NCBI GenBank assembly: GCA_047285805.1
Contig: JBJBCN010000002.1
Location: 576,001-640,000, forward strand
Length of the DNA stretch: 64,000 nt
Reading direction: 5' to 3'
Origin: Synechococcus sp.
GTDB lineage: Bacteria; Cyanobacteriota; Cyanobacteriia; PCC-6307; Cyanobiaceae
Shown in pieces: positions 1 to 10,071 of this stretch (position 1 is its first letter; every line of letters starts with the position of its first letter). Both the position numbers and the translations under genes were made by a program. The notes under the pieces are model-generated. The model did not search any database. It saw only the letters and a program-made list of their open reading frames with translations, and had not been told where the DNA came from.

Positions 1-113
1 ATCTCGCCGGTTTCTCCCACCTGCGCGGCGCGGCGCAACAGACGTCCCATCCAGATTTCGTGTTTCTGAACTGCTTGCAAACCCGACGCCCATCGGCAGG
101 CTTCTTGAACCAT
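1..113 (-). CDS. Nucleoside/tRNA adenosine deaminase (TadA-like), N-terminal fragment running off the window edge
   Basis: Hand translation from ATG at 113: MVQEACRWASGLQAVQKHEIWMGRLLRRAAQVGETGE; the WM..L...A...G..GE pattern resembles a TadA N-terminus. Confidence 0.6.
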   Translation of the reverse strand, partial: MVQEACRWASGLQAVQKHEIWMGRLLRRAAQVGETGE

Positions 114-144
114 GTCAGCACGGCGGACCCGACGACACGAGACA

Positions 145-1575
145 ATGACCGCTGACCGCCCAGGGCCATTGGCTCAACTCGATCCGAGCCAGCCGCCACG
201 CAGCCTTGTCTGCTTTCCGGATCCCCTGCGGGATGACCCGGCCTTGGAAGCCTTTCTGCGGCAGGCCGGCGATCGTCTCTGCCAATGGTGGGCCGGATCG
301 GAGCAGCGCTCGCCACTACCGCTTTTGAGTGTTCTGCCGGATCCGGCTCCGTTGCAACAGGGCTTAAGCCCTGAGGCTTTGTTCGAGGACCTTCAGCTGG
401 TGATGGATGGGTCCTACAACCCCGTGCATCCCGGTGCCATGGCCCATCTGGATCCGCCGCCGTTGACCGCATCGGTTGCGGCGGATCTGGTCTGCGCCGG
501 GCTCAACAATAATCTGCTGGCCGAGGAGCTCTCACCCAGTCTGTCGCGTCTGGAACGCAGCCTGACCACCTGGATGGCCGAACAGCTGGGCTTAGGCGAG
601 GCATCCGGTGGCGTCGCCGCCAGCGGGGGCAGCTTGAGCAACTTGATGGCCCTAGTTGTGGCGCGTCACCAGGCGGGCCTTGCTTCAACGCAGGACCTGA
701 CCGTCTTCTGCAGCGCTGATTCCCATGTCTCCATCACCAAGGCCTTGATGGTGATGGGCTTGCCCAAGGGGTGTCTGCAGGCCATCGCGACGGATGCGGA
801 TGGGCGTCTCTCCTGTGAGGCCCTTGCAGAGGGCCTGCGGGCTGCTGATCACGCCGGTCGTCCCGTGCTCGCTGTGGTGGCCACCGCGGGCACCACGGTT
901 CGTGGTGCGATCGATCCGCTGGCAACCATTTCGGATCTGTGCCAGCAGCACGGCGTTTGGCTTCACGTCGACGGCGCGATCGGTGCTGTTTTTGGTTTGA
1001 GCCAAAGCCACAGGCAGTTGGTGCCTGACCTTGATCGGGCCGATTCCCTCACGGTGAATCCACAAAAGCTGTTGGGTATTACCAAAACTTCCTCTCTCCT
1101 TCTTCTCAAGCGTCCGGAGCTGTTGGCGACCTGTTTTGGTACCGGGCTGCCGTACATGGAACCCAGTTGGGCCGATGCCCATGGCGGTGAATGTGGTCTT
1201 CAGGGCACACGTCCCGCGGAAATTCTCAAGCTCTGGCTCGGTCTGCGTCAGCTCGGCCGCGATGGGATCGAGAGCCTGTTGCAGGGCGCCCTTGCTCGCC
1301 GTGCTGAATTGCAGCGGCAGCTGTCGGTCTTGCCCTTGACACTGCGAAGCGGCCCGCTGCATTTACTCGCCTTCACACCGTCAGAGCTGGGCGTCCATGA
1401 GGCTGAAGCGTGGTCCATTCAGACCCGGCAGCGGTTGCTGGATAAGCAGCTCATGCTCTCCCGCCCCTTTTATGCCGGACGGCACCATCTCAAGGCAGTG
1501 TTGGGCAATCCCAACACCCGCTCCACTGATCTAGCGGCAGTGGCCTCGGTCATCCAAGATTCTCTGCTGACATGA
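145..1575 (+). CDS. Group II PLP-dependent decarboxylase (diaminobutyrate/glutamate decarboxylase family)
   Basis: Motifs ATAGTT..GAIDP, WLHVDGAIG, DSLTVNPQK (PLP lysine); start could be 112 or 145. Confidence 0.9.
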   Translation: MTADRPGPLAQLDPSQPPRSLVCFPDPLRDDPALEAFLRQAGDRLCQWWAGSEQRSPLPLLSVLPDPAPLQQGLSPEALFEDLQLVMDGSYNPVHPGAMAHLDPPPLTASVAADLVCAGLNNNLLAEELSPSLSRLERSLTTWMAEQLGLGEASGGVAASGGSLSNLMALVVARHQAGLASTQDLTVFCSADSHVSITKALMVMGLPKGCLQAIATDADGRLSCEALAEGLRAADHAGRPVLAVVATAGTTVRGAIDPLATISDLCQQHGVWLHVDGAIGAVFGLSQSHRQLVPDLDRADSLTVNPQKLLGITKTSSLLLLKRPELLATCFGTGLPYMEPSWADAHGGECGLQGTRPAEILKLWLGLRQLGRDGIESLLQGALARRAELQRQLSVLPLTLRSGPLHLLAFTPSELGVHEAEAWSIQTRQRLLDKQLMLSRPFYAGRHHLKAVLGNPNTRSTDLAAVASVIQDSLLT

Positions 1576-1787
1576 TGCAACCCAACACCCAAGGCCGCTG
1601 GGTCGCGATCTTGACCGGCGCGATTTCCATTCTGATTGCTGTTGCCTATCTGGCCTTCATCACGGTCTTGGACGCCCGCGGTCCGATGCAACCGCCACCG
1701 CCGGAGGCCTTCAGCGACGCTGCTGGGGGCGTGGCGGCAGTTGCCCCTGCTTCTCCTGACGCTGCAACGGCTCCACCACTCGGTTGA
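1572..1787 (+). CDS. Small single-TM hypothetical protein
   Basis: ATGA overlap with upstream stop; hydrophobic helix followed by LDARGPMQPPPPEA. Confidence 0.7.
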   Translation: MMQPNTQGRWVAILTGAISILIAVAYLAFITVLDARGPMQPPPPEAFSDAAGGVAAVAPASPDAATAPPLG

Positions 1788-3285
1788 TTGCGGCGCTCAA
1801 GAAGGCATTGAGGGCGGACTCCCGCTTGTTGAGGTCGTACTGACGCTGGACGACTTCCTGAATTCCGCCGTCCCCCCAATCTTGGTCCTGCTGGAAGTAG
1901 GTGATGAAGCTGCGCCCCGCGATTCGGGTGAGCCACCCAGCACCGACCGCTTGAACTGCACGACTGAGGAGAAGGGCCGGGAGGCTCATGCTGAGGGCCG
2001 CGCTGATAAGGCTGATCCCACCTTTGATCAGGCCCAAGCTTGCCAAGGTCCGTCCTACCGAAACCGCCAATTCCTGAGCGGTTGCTTTAGAGAGGCTTAC
2101 CCCATACACGCGGCCGATCTCCATCACCATTTGGGCATTGACTGCTGCAGCCCCGAGGAGATCCACTCCGGGTAAGGGCGTGGCCGCAAGCACCCCGGCA
2201 CTTATCCAGCTGTAGCGATCCACCACCCCCTCGGCATCGAGCTGCCGCTGCTTTCCGAGCAGCCGCCGCCCCGCCTCGCTCAGGCGACTGCTCTGCATGA
2301 GGATGTTGTCCGCAATCAACTCCTCCCCGTCGCTGTGGAGGACCTGGGCGATCCGGCGCAGAAGCCGATCAATTTCCGGTGGCGGTTGAAGCGGTTTGCC
2401 TCCGGGCATCGGGACCGACTGGGGCGAGGCGCTTGCCGTGATCACATCCTCCGTGGCAATGCGCCCTTGGATTCGCCGGCGCAGCAACTCCAGCAAGCGC
2501 TTTTCTTCATCTTCACCGCGCAGGTCGCACTTGTTCAGCACCAGTAGCAGCCGTTTCCCCAGGCTGGCCAGGGCCGCAAAGACCTCAAGCTCAGCGGCCC
2601 GAAGGTCCCCATCGACGACCAAGACCAGCAGATCGGCATTGGCAGCCTGATCCCGGGCAATTTGTTCCCGTTTTTGACCTTCGAAGCCTGCTTCCAAAAT
2701 TCCGGGTGTATCAATCAGGCGAATGCCGCGCTCCAGGTTGCGAAGGCGCAACCGATAACTCGTGGTTTTAGTGGTCGACCCCATCGCGGCACCGACCTCT
2801 CCGACCATGTCCTTCAGCAGTGCTCGAATCAGGGAAGTCTTCCCCGCGGAACACGTGCCAAAGACCACCAGCACCAGATCGCCGCGCTCGAACTCTGCGG
2901 CAACCCGCTCGCGCTCCTGCTGCAGCGCCTTTCGCTGGACCTCATCACGGATGCCTTCGAGCAAAGCATCCAACCCAGCTAGGTTTTGTTGCGCGGCTTC
3001 CTGACGGTTGGTGGGGGCCTCAACCTCTTCGGCGGCGGCCTGGCCGTGGTTGAAGACCGTCCACCCGGATCGACGGACGGTCTTCAACCACGGCCAGGCA
3101 AAGCGGGCGATCAGGAGCGCAGCTCCTCCGAAGATGAGCATGCTGAAGGGACCCACCAGCCAGCTGGGCAGCAAATAGCTCAGCTGCCACAGCAAGTTGT
3201 TCACCGCTTGAAGGACGGCCGTCACGACGACCAGGACCCCGAGGGCCAGACCGAGCCACAGCCAGATTCGACCAGGGGGTTTCAC
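1711..3285 (-). CDS. YcjF/DUF697 family membrane-anchored GTP-binding protein
   Basis: N-terminal TMs; G1 GTCSAGKT, G3 DTPG, G4 NKCD; C-terminal PLPGVDLL..AAVNAQM. Confidence 0.85.
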   Translation of the reverse strand: MKPPGRIWLWLGLALGVLVVVTAVLQAVNNLLWQLSYLLPSWLVGPFSMLIFGGAALLIARFAWPWLKTVRRSGWTVFNHGQAAAEEVEAPTNRQEAAQQNLAGLDALLEGIRDEVQRKALQQERERVAAEFERGDLVLVVFGTCSAGKTSLIRALLKDMVGEVGAAMGSTTKTTSYRLRLRNLERGIRLIDTPGILEAGFEGQKREQIARDQAANADLLVLVVDGDLRAAELEVFAALASLGKRLLLVLNKCDLRGEDEEKRLLELLRRRIQGRIATEDVITASASPQSVPMPGGKPLQPPPEIDRLLRRIAQVLHSDGEELIADNILMQSSRLSEAGRRLLGKQRQLDAEGVVDRYSWISAGVLAATPLPGVDLLGAAAVNAQMVMEIGRVYGVSLSKATAQELAVSVGRTLASLGLIKGGISLISAALSMSLPALLLSRAVQAVGAGWLTRIAGRSFITYFQQDQDWGDGGIQEVVQRQYDLNKRESALNAFLSAAINRVVEPLQRQEKQGQLPPRPQQRR

Positions 3286-3346
3286 GGCAACACCTGTGGG
3301 TGGAGGTCAAGAACGCCACGACCACTCCTCCTGATGATCCCTTTGA

Positions 3347-3796
3347 TTAGCGCCTGCGCCAACCGGGCAACAGCGAGAGCGCAAGGCAGAGCACGGCGAG
3401 GTTGATGGCGACATCCGCCAGATTGAAAATCGGGAAGGAGATCGGTACGAACTCAAGGAAGTCGACAACACGACCGAGACGCCAGCGGTCGATGCCATTT
3501 CCGATTGCCCCACCGAGGAGAAAACCAAGACCGAGGGCTTGCCAGCGTTCCAAGGGGCCGCTTGTTTGAATCCAAAACACCAAGCCGACGGCGACGGCCA
3601 GGCTTACGATCCCCAGAAGATTGGCGTTGCCCTCCAGCATGCTGAAGGCAGCTCCACTGTTAAAGACCAGTTGCTGCTGAAGCAGTCCTGGAACCAGTGG
3701 GCGGATGCCCATGCCGGAGAGATGCTCGAGCGCCCACGCCTTGCTGAGCTGGTCAATCAGCACGACGGCGATGGCGATCAGGTAACTCGGGGCCAT
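3347..3796 (-). CDS. lspA: Lipoprotein signal peptidase II
   Basis: DQLSK, NSGAAFS, GNGIDR, VVDFL, FNLAD motifs; ATG at 3796 abuts the bioY stop. Confidence 0.95.
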   Translation of the reverse strand: MAPSYLIAIAVVLIDQLSKAWALEHLSGMGIRPLVPGLLQQQLVFNSGAAFSMLEGNANLLGIVSLAVAVGLVFWIQTSGPLERWQALGLGFLLGGAIGNGIDRWRLGRVVDFLEFVPISFPIFNLADVAINLAVLCLALSLLPGWRRR

Positions 3797-4368
3797 CAGC
3801 GATCGAGCAACAACAGGCGTCGCGTCGGCCAGGCCAGCACTGCGACGGCGGAGCAGAGCAGCAGTTGGGGAAAGAGAGGACCCAGGCTGTAGGTCAGCAC
3901 CAATTGGTGGAGTTGTCCTCCCCAACGCTGAAATAGTCCCCCTAGAAGCAGGTTGGCCAGGCCACAACCCTGGAGGATCAATAACCCCAAGACCGCAGCG
4001 CTCAGCAGGTTCAACAGATCGTCCATGTCCTGCTGCTGAGCCAGGCGACCGGTAAGCCAGGCCGCAGGCAGGAAGCCCGCCAGGTAGCCGAAGGCCGGAT
4101 CGCTGAGATAGCTCAGCCCCCCGCCGCCCTGGAAGACCGGAAGTTGGAAGAGCCCAAGGCTGATGTAAGCCATGCCCGCCAACATCGCTGGGCGGTGCCC
4201 GCAGACCAGGGCCGTAAACAGCAGGGCCGGCACCTGGAGGGTCATAGGCAGGGGCAGAACCGAAACCCCTTGTTCCCCTGGCCAAGGGATTGCCGCCTGA
4301 ATTAACCCGCCACAAAGGATCAGGAGCAATCCAGCGAGGGCACCACTCCAGTTGGCAAGGGCGCGCAC
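3796..4368 (-). CDS. bioY: Biotin transporter BioY
   Basis: Hydrophobic; TLQ, AYISLGLFQLPVFQGGGG...PAFGYLAGF signature. Confidence 0.9.
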   Translation of the reverse strand: MRALANWSGALAGLLLILCGGLIQAAIPWPGEQGVSVLPLPMTLQVPALLFTALVCGHRPAMLAGMAYISLGLFQLPVFQGGGGLSYLSDPAFGYLAGFLPAAWLTGRLAQQQDMDDLLNLLSAAVLGLLILQGCGLANLLLGGLFQRWGGQLHQLVLTYSLGPLFPQLLLCSAVAVLAWPTRRLLLLDR

Positions 4369-4423
4369 AGTTGATCTCTCAGTTCGACCATCCTGCAGGA
4401 GAGTGGTGGTCTTGCAAGGACCG

Positions 4424-4642
4424 ATGTCTCAGGAATCCATCAGTGTTGGCACCCAGGTGCGGTTGCTGCAGCAACCCAGCTATTTGAAAACGGCCGACGC
4501 CATGTCGATGCTTCGCCCACCGGACCTGATTGACGCAGGTGAGATCGGTCAGGTGGTGGCCTTGAAAGCCCTGGATCAGGTCGCCGTGCGTTTCCGGCGC
4601 GGCACTTTTCTGCTCGAGCTCAAGCAGCTTGAGACGCTTTAA
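4424..4642 (+). CDS. sipA: SipA/DUF3148 regulatory protein (NblS-interacting)
   Basis: YLKTADAMSMLRPPDL and VRFRRGTFL motifs, 72 aa. Confidence 0.8.
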   Translation: MSQESISVGTQVRLLQQPSYLKTADAMSMLRPPDLIDAGEIGQVVALKALDQVAVRFRRGTFLLELKQLETL

Positions 4643-5922
4643 GCGTGGTTCAGCGGATGTTGGTTCCAAACCGTTTCTGCGACCTTGATCGCGTCGTCGG
4701 GTCCGCAGAGACTCAGGCAGGGCAGTTGCAATAGGGCCTTGGCCGCTTGATGCAGGTCATTTGTGGTGAGGGCATCGGCTTCGATCAGGCACTGATCAGC
4801 GAAGTCAAAGGGCAATCCGTGGCCCAAGACCAGGGCATGGCGATCGGCGATCTGACTACAGGTTTGCCGGCCCAGGGCTTCCTGTCCTCTGAATTTGGCC
4901 TTGGCCAGCGCGAGTTGCTCCTCGCTGATGGGCTCCTCGAGCAGACGCATCCATTCGTTAAGTAGTTCTTGGCTGGCCTGTTTAGCGCGATCGCTGGAGC
5001 TTGAGAGATGAAACACAAAGGGCGCATCGCCCAGCCGTGCCGGGTAGTGGACCCCCACGTCGTAGGCCAGGCCGTGTTCTTCACGCAGGGCCACAAAGAG
5101 ACGACTGGACATGCCGATGCCCAGATGGCAGTGGAGAAGACGTAGGGCCAGGGCTTGGTCGCTGCCGAGCGGTCCGGTGGTGGTCCCCAGCATCAGCACC
5201 AATTGCTCTGTGTCGTCGAGCTTGCTGGCTAGGGACCGTTGTTTGAGACCGCGGGCTCCAGGCTCGCGGACCGGAGCCTGGGTGCTCCAGCTTTGTCCAT
5301 CGAGTCCCTGGAGCAACAGCCGCTCGGGCTCCTCGGGGAGCTGGCCGGCCAGCACCATCACCGCACCGCCACGCCCGAGCTGCTGAGTGCACTGCTCCAA
5401 CTGCGGCCGTCCCAGTTGGGCCAGTTCGGCTTCAACCCCGAGGGGGTCGTGGCCGTACGGCCCACTGCCGTAGAGCTGATGGCGCAATAGGTCGTGGGCG
5501 ACCTGGAAGGGGTCCTCCTTTTGCCGTTGGAGGGTTTGCAGATTTAATTGCCGCTCGAGTGTGATCTGGTTCTCGACCAGCCAAGGACTGATCACCATTT
5601 GCGGGATCAATGGCAGCAGCAAGGTGGCGTCGTCGCTGGCGCACTTCAGGCTGATCAAGGTGCCGTCCTCGGCTGCTTCGCAGCGCAGACCTGCTCCCCG
5701 TCCTTCCACTAGATCGGCAAGGGCTTCGCCACTCAGGCGGCCGCAGCCTCGGCTCAAGACCCCGGCCAACAGCTGAGAACGACCGCGTTGACCGTTGGGA
5801 TCTGCGGCACTTCCGCCGCGGATCCAGAGCTTCGCCGAGAGGATGGCCGGGCCTGGTCGCTCAATCAGCCAGAGCGGGCAACCCCCCAGTAGTTCGCGCT
5901 GTTTTACCCCGCCTTTGCTCAC
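4639..5922 (-). CDS. M16 peptidase, non-catalytic subunit
   Basis: Insulinase-like (GMSSRLFVALREEHGLAY) but lacks HxxEH; GTG start overlaps partner stop (GTGA). Confidence 0.85.
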   Translation of the reverse strand: MSKGGVKQRELLGGCPLWLIERPGPAILSAKLWIRGGSAADPNGQRGRSQLLAGVLSRGCGRLSGEALADLVEGRGAGLRCEAAEDGTLISLKCASDDATLLLPLIPQMVISPWLVENQITLERQLNLQTLQRQKEDPFQVAHDLLRHQLYGSGPYGHDPLGVEAELAQLGRPQLEQCTQQLGRGGAVMVLAGQLPEEPERLLLQGLDGQSWSTQAPVREPGARGLKQRSLASKLDDTEQLVLMLGTTTGPLGSDQALALRLLHCHLGIGMSSRLFVALREEHGLAYDVGVHYPARLGDAPFVFHLSSSSDRAKQASQELLNEWMRLLEEPISEEQLALAKAKFRGQEALGRQTCSQIADRHALVLGHGLPFDFADQCLIEADALTTNDLHQAAKALLQLPCLSLCGPDDAIKVAETVWNQHPLNHA

Positions 5923-7223
5923 GCTGGGACGGCCTCCAGAACGAAGGCCCGCTGCGGCTGAAGCTGCGGGACAAGCTCCTGAAAGAGTCGCCGACCGTCC
6001 CATTGATCCAGCCAGTTCAATGGGGTTTGGAGATTGTGCTCTCGTCCCCAGAGGGCACTGTTGCCAACCATCGCGGCGACGGCGCTGGGTGCTTCGAGGC
6101 TGAAGCGATAGCCGTTTCCTACTAACCGACGGGCGCGATCCACCTCCGCCTCATTCGGACTCTCCTGCAGCAGTGCCAACAAAACCGAATTGATCTCGGC
6201 GCGTACGGCGCTCAACTGCTGGGGTTCGCAGACCGCCTCAAGCAGGACGAGGCAGCCGGACTCCAAAACGTTCAGATCCAGGTCAATGCTTTCCACCAGA
6301 CGCAACTGCTCCCGCAGCCGCTCCACCAGACGACTGCGCCGTCCCTCTGCCAAGAGCGTGGTGATCAGATCGCCGCCCACCACGGAGATCTGATCAGCGG
6401 CGCCAGGGAGTGGCCAGGCCATCAACAGCCGGGCCGCCTCGAGCCGCTGCAGTTCAATCCGCTCCTCGCCGGGCTCGAAGGTGAGGTAATCAGGCCGAAT
6501 ATCCCGCTGCGATGGCTTTACGCCGGCGAGAGCCGAGTCCGACAGCTGTGCGTCAAGTTCCAAAGCGGCAAGGGGACCGGCCACGGAGAGACAACAGCGG
6601 TCGGCTCGGTAATGCCGGTCGTGGAAGGCGGCCATGCTCTCCGGTGTGTGGCCGAGAAGAGCCTTGCGTGCACCAAGGATCGGTAGGCCGTAGGCATGAT
6701 TTAGGCAGCTCTGCTTCAGCAGTTGCTGAAAGGCCACCTCTTCGGGCTGATCCTCACTTTGGGCGAGTTCCTCGAGCACCACCTGGCGCTCCATGTCGAA
6801 ATCCTTGCTGTCGAGTCGGGGGTGCAGCACCAACTCTGTGAGCAGCTCCAAGGCCTCGCCGCAGGCCTCCGGAGGAATCAAGACGTGGTAATGAACGTCA
6901 TCGAACCCGGTTGCGGCGTTGCTGTTGCCGCCGAGGGCTTCGATACGAAGGTCGAATTCCCCTGCCTGCAGTGTTCGACTTCCTTTAAAGACCATGTGCT
7001 CGAGGAAGTGGGCGAGACCGGACTCTTCTGGTCCTTCCACGCCACTACCGGCCCGGCACCAAAAGTCCAGGCAGACGACCGGTGCATTCGGCAGGTCGAG
7101 TTGCACCACGGTGGTTCCGTTGGCGAGATGACCACGCTGCGGTTCCGGCAGTGGTGTGGTGTTCAGACCTGACAACGAGCGGAAATATTGGGTTTGCCCC
7201 ATTCTGCTGGCAGGATCGCCCAT
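5919..7223 (-). CDS. M16 zinc peptidase, catalytic subunit
   Basis: GLAHFLEHMVFKG (HxxEH), NAATGFD; exact start uncertain. Confidence 0.9.
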   Translation of the reverse strand: MGDPASRMGQTQYFRSLSGLNTTPLPEPQRGHLANGTTVVQLDLPNAPVVCLDFWCRAGSGVEGPEESGLAHFLEHMVFKGSRTLQAGEFDLRIEALGGNSNAATGFDDVHYHVLIPPEACGEALELLTELVLHPRLDSKDFDMERQVVLEELAQSEDQPEEVAFQQLLKQSCLNHAYGLPILGARKALLGHTPESMAAFHDRHYRADRCCLSVAGPLAALELDAQLSDSALAGVKPSQRDIRPDYLTFEPGEERIELQRLEAARLLMAWPLPGAADQISVVGGDLITTLLAEGRRSRLVERLREQLRLVESIDLDLNVLESGCLVLLEAVCEPQQLSAVRAEINSVLLALLQESPNEAEVDRARRLVGNGYRFSLEAPSAVAAMVGNSALWGREHNLQTPLNWLDQWDGRRLFQELVPQLQPQRAFVLEAVPA

Positions 7224-7243
7224 GCGGATGTCCCCGAGCCCTG

Positions 7244-7975
7244 ATGAGTACTGCAGCCCTGGGCATTCATCCGCTGGTTGATGGGCTCGCAAAACGAATC
7301 CGTCAGCAATGGGAGTCGCTGCCCGAGGTTGAGCCGCTCGCGGTCGATCCCGAGCTCGAAGCCATTAGCGGCAGCTTGGATGGCGAAGACCTTTTCATTC
7401 ACAACGAACTGCGCTCCAGCCGCGGCTTGCGCAAATTGCACCTCGAAACGGCACGCCTTGGGGCTGGTCTCCAGGTTTTGCATTCCGTCTTCTTCCCAGA
7501 TCCCCGCTTTGATCTGCCGGTTTTTGGGGCTGACATCGTTGCCGGACGCGGCGTTGTCTCGGCCGCCATCGTTGATCTCTCACCCGTTGACGGGACCTTG
7601 CCGCCCGCTGTCCTCCAACGTCTTCAGGCTTTACCCAAGCGTGATTTCATCCAGGAGCGGGAGCTTCCTGAGTGGGGCACTATTTTTTCGCCGTACGTTC
7701 GCTTCGTCCGCCCTGCCGATGAAGAAGAGGAGCAGCGCTTCATCGAAGTGGTTAGTGATTTCCTCCATGCTCTGGCTGAGGCCAGCCGGGAAGCCACGGC
7801 CCAGCCGATCGATCACCCAGATACGGTGAGGCGACATCGCGGCCAGCTTTCGTATTGTCAGCAGCAGAAGCGCAACGACAAGACCCGCCGCGTTCTCGAG
7901 AAGGCGTTCAACCCCGAGTGGGCCGATCGTTACATCGAGGAACTTCTCTTCGACGATCCATTGCCCCTGCAGTGA
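7244..7975 (+). CDS. pcyA: Phycocyanobilin:ferredoxin oxidoreductase
   Basis: RKLHLETA, FDLPVFGADIV, QQKRNDKTRRVLEKAF. Confidence 0.95.
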   Translation: MSTAALGIHPLVDGLAKRIRQQWESLPEVEPLAVDPELEAISGSLDGEDLFIHNELRSSRGLRKLHLETARLGAGLQVLHSVFFPDPRFDLPVFGADIVAGRGVVSAAIVDLSPVDGTLPPAVLQRLQALPKRDFIQERELPEWGTIFSPYVRFVRPADEEEEQRFIEVVSDFLHALAEASREATAQPIDHPDTVRRHRGQLSYCQQQKRNDKTRRVLEKAFNPEWADRYIEELLFDDPLPLQ

Positions 7976-8883
7976 TCTGGCATTGGATCCAAGGGCATCC
8001 TTGGCGTAGTGCCGGCGGGGCAGCCGCACTGCTGCTCGCTCTCGTGGCGATCAGCCGCAGCGTTGATCGCCCGATGCCGCCCCCACCAGCTCCGGCGGTT
8101 CAACCCAGAATCGAGTCCGTTTCGGCCTTGGGTCGTCTGGAGCCCGCGGGTGACGTTCGTCAACTGGCGGCACCGATGGGTTCAATGGGCGGAAGCCCCC
8201 GCATTACCAGCCTTTCCGTTCAAGAAGGGGATCGTGTTCAGCGCGGTCAAATGCTGGCGACTTTTGATAATCGCCCCGGTCTCTTGGCTGATTTGTCGGC
8301 AGTGAATGCACGCATCAGCACCCTGGACCGTTCAATCGCCATGCAACGTCGTGAGGTGAGTCGCTATCGCGAAGCCGCCCGTGAAGGTGCGGCCAGCATG
8401 GTGCTTCTGGAGGAGAAGCAAGACGAATTGGTCAAGTTCGAAGGACAACGCCGCGAAGCCCTGGCCGAGCGCCGTGGGGTGGAGGTGGATCTTAAGGACA
8501 GCCAGCTCCGCTCTCCGATCAACGGCACGGTCTTGCGGATCTACTCCAGGCCTGGCGAGCGGCCAGGCTCGGACGGAATCCTCGAGGTTGGAGCCAGCGA
8601 CCGGATGCAGGCCATTGCCGAGGTCTATGAGAGTGATATTGGCAGGATCCGTCTTGGTCAGAGCGCCTCGTTGATCAGCGAAAACGGCGGCTTCACTGGG
8701 AAGTTGAAGGCCGAGGTGGTCAGGATTTCTCCGCAGATCAGGCAGCGGGATGTGCTTTCCACCGACCCCACGGGTGATGCGGACGCCCGAATCGTTGAGG
8801 TGCGTCTTGCCCTGAGTTCGGAGGATGCCAAGCGGGTGCAACAGCTGTCGGGCCTCAAGGTCATCGCTCGCTTTGATCCGTGA
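7972..8883 (+). CDS. devB: DevB-like HlyD family membrane fusion protein
   Basis: VSALGRLEP, VQEGDRV, AEVYESDI; GTGA overlap with pcyA stop. Confidence 0.85.
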   Translation: MIWHWIQGHPWRSAGGAAALLLALVAISRSVDRPMPPPPAPAVQPRIESVSALGRLEPAGDVRQLAAPMGSMGGSPRITSLSVQEGDRVQRGQMLATFDNRPGLLADLSAVNARISTLDRSIAMQRREVSRYREAAREGAASMVLLEEKQDELVKFEGQRREALAERRGVEVDLKDSQLRSPINGTVLRIYSRPGERPGSDGILEVGASDRMQAIAEVYESDIGRIRLGQSASLISENGGFTGKLKAEVVRISPQIRQRDVLSTDPTGDADARIVEVRLALSSEDAKRVQQLSGLKVIARFDP

Positions 8884-10067
8884 GCTTGCAGCGTTGGTTT
8901 GAGGGGGCATGGCAGCGGCGGCGCATTCCACTTGCCCTCTTGCTCTTGACCAGGCAGCCGGTTCGCTTGGCCGTCGCCCTAGCAGGCATCAGTTTCGCCG
9001 GGATTCTGATGTTCATGCAGCTCGGCTTTCGTGACGGTCTCTTCGATGCGAGCGTCACGATTCACCGACTCTTTGATGCCGACTTGGTGTTGATCAGTCC
9101 GCGCTCCACAAGCTCGGTGAGCATGGCCGGCTTCCCGAAACGCCGTCTGGTCCAGACCATGGCGGCCCCGGAGGTCGAGGGCATCACGCCTGTGCACTGG
9201 AACTTGCTGCTCTGGCGCAACCCGGAGACGCGGGGCACCCGCTCGATCCTCACCTTGGGCTTTGAGCCCAACGACCCACTGTTCACCGACCCGACCTTGG
9301 CGCCTAAGGCACGCGCCCTAACGCAAAAAGGGAGGGTTCTCTTTGATGAACAGTCCCGTCCCGAGTTCGGCCCGGTGGCGGACTGGTTCAAATCCGGGCG
9401 CATCGTCGAGAGTGAAATCGCCGGAAAACGCGTGCGGGTCGCCGGCTTAGTGGGTCTGGGCACCTCCTTCGGGGCTGACGGCAACCTGCTGACGAGCTCT
9501 GAGACCTTCATCGACTTGCTTCCGAACACGCCGCCGGGGAGCATCGAGGTTGGACTGGTTCGGCTCAAACCCGGCAGTGATCCCCAGGCCGTCGCGCAAC
9601 GCCTCCAGGCGCAACTGCCAAGCGATGTGAAGGTCTTGACCAAGCAGGGCTTCATCGACTTCGAACAGAACTACTGGCGCACCAGTACGTCCATCGGCTT
9701 CATTTTCACCTTGGGGGCTGCAATGGGGTTTGTGGTCGGCTGCGTGATCGTTTACCAGGTGCTTTATTCCGATGTCAGCGATCACCTGCCGGAATACGCC
9801 ACCTTGATGGCTATGGGTTACAACCTGCCCAGCCTGCTCGGCGTCGTTGCTCGAGAGGGCTTGCTGCTGGCGGCTTTTGGTTATCTGCCGGCCTATGCCG
9901 CAGGCCAAGGGCTCTATCTCATGGTCCGCTCGGCCACGCAGCTGCCAGTGTTTATGGACACTTCGAGGGCGGTGACCGTCTTCACCATGATTTTGGTGAT
10001 GTGTATGGCATCAGCTGGTCTCGCCATGCGCCGGCTCGCCGATGCGGATCCCGCGGAGATTTTCTGA
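8880..10067 (+). CDS. devC: DevC ABC exporter permease
   Basis: ILMFMQLGF, YQVLYSDVSDHLPEYATLMAMG, ADPAEIF. Confidence 0.93.
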   Translation: MSLQRWFEGAWQRRRIPLALLLLTRQPVRLAVALAGISFAGILMFMQLGFRDGLFDASVTIHRLFDADLVLISPRSTSSVSMAGFPKRRLVQTMAAPEVEGITPVHWNLLLWRNPETRGTRSILTLGFEPNDPLFTDPTLAPKARALTQKGRVLFDEQSRPEFGPVADWFKSGRIVESEIAGKRVRVAGLVGLGTSFGADGNLLTSSETFIDLLPNTPPGSIEVGLVRLKPGSDPQAVAQRLQAQLPSDVKVLTKQGFIDFEQNYWRTSTSIGFIFTLGAAMGFVVGCVIVYQVLYSDVSDHLPEYATLMAMGYNLPSLLGVVAREGLLLAAFGYLPAYAAGQGLYLMVRSATQLPVFMDTSRAVTVFTMILVMCMASAGLAMRRLADADPAEIF

Positions 10068-10071
10068 AGCA

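Noticed and set aside
3797..4315. Long N-terminal extension on the lspA ORF
   Set aside because: Alternative frame within bioY; lspA has its own ATG at 3796.
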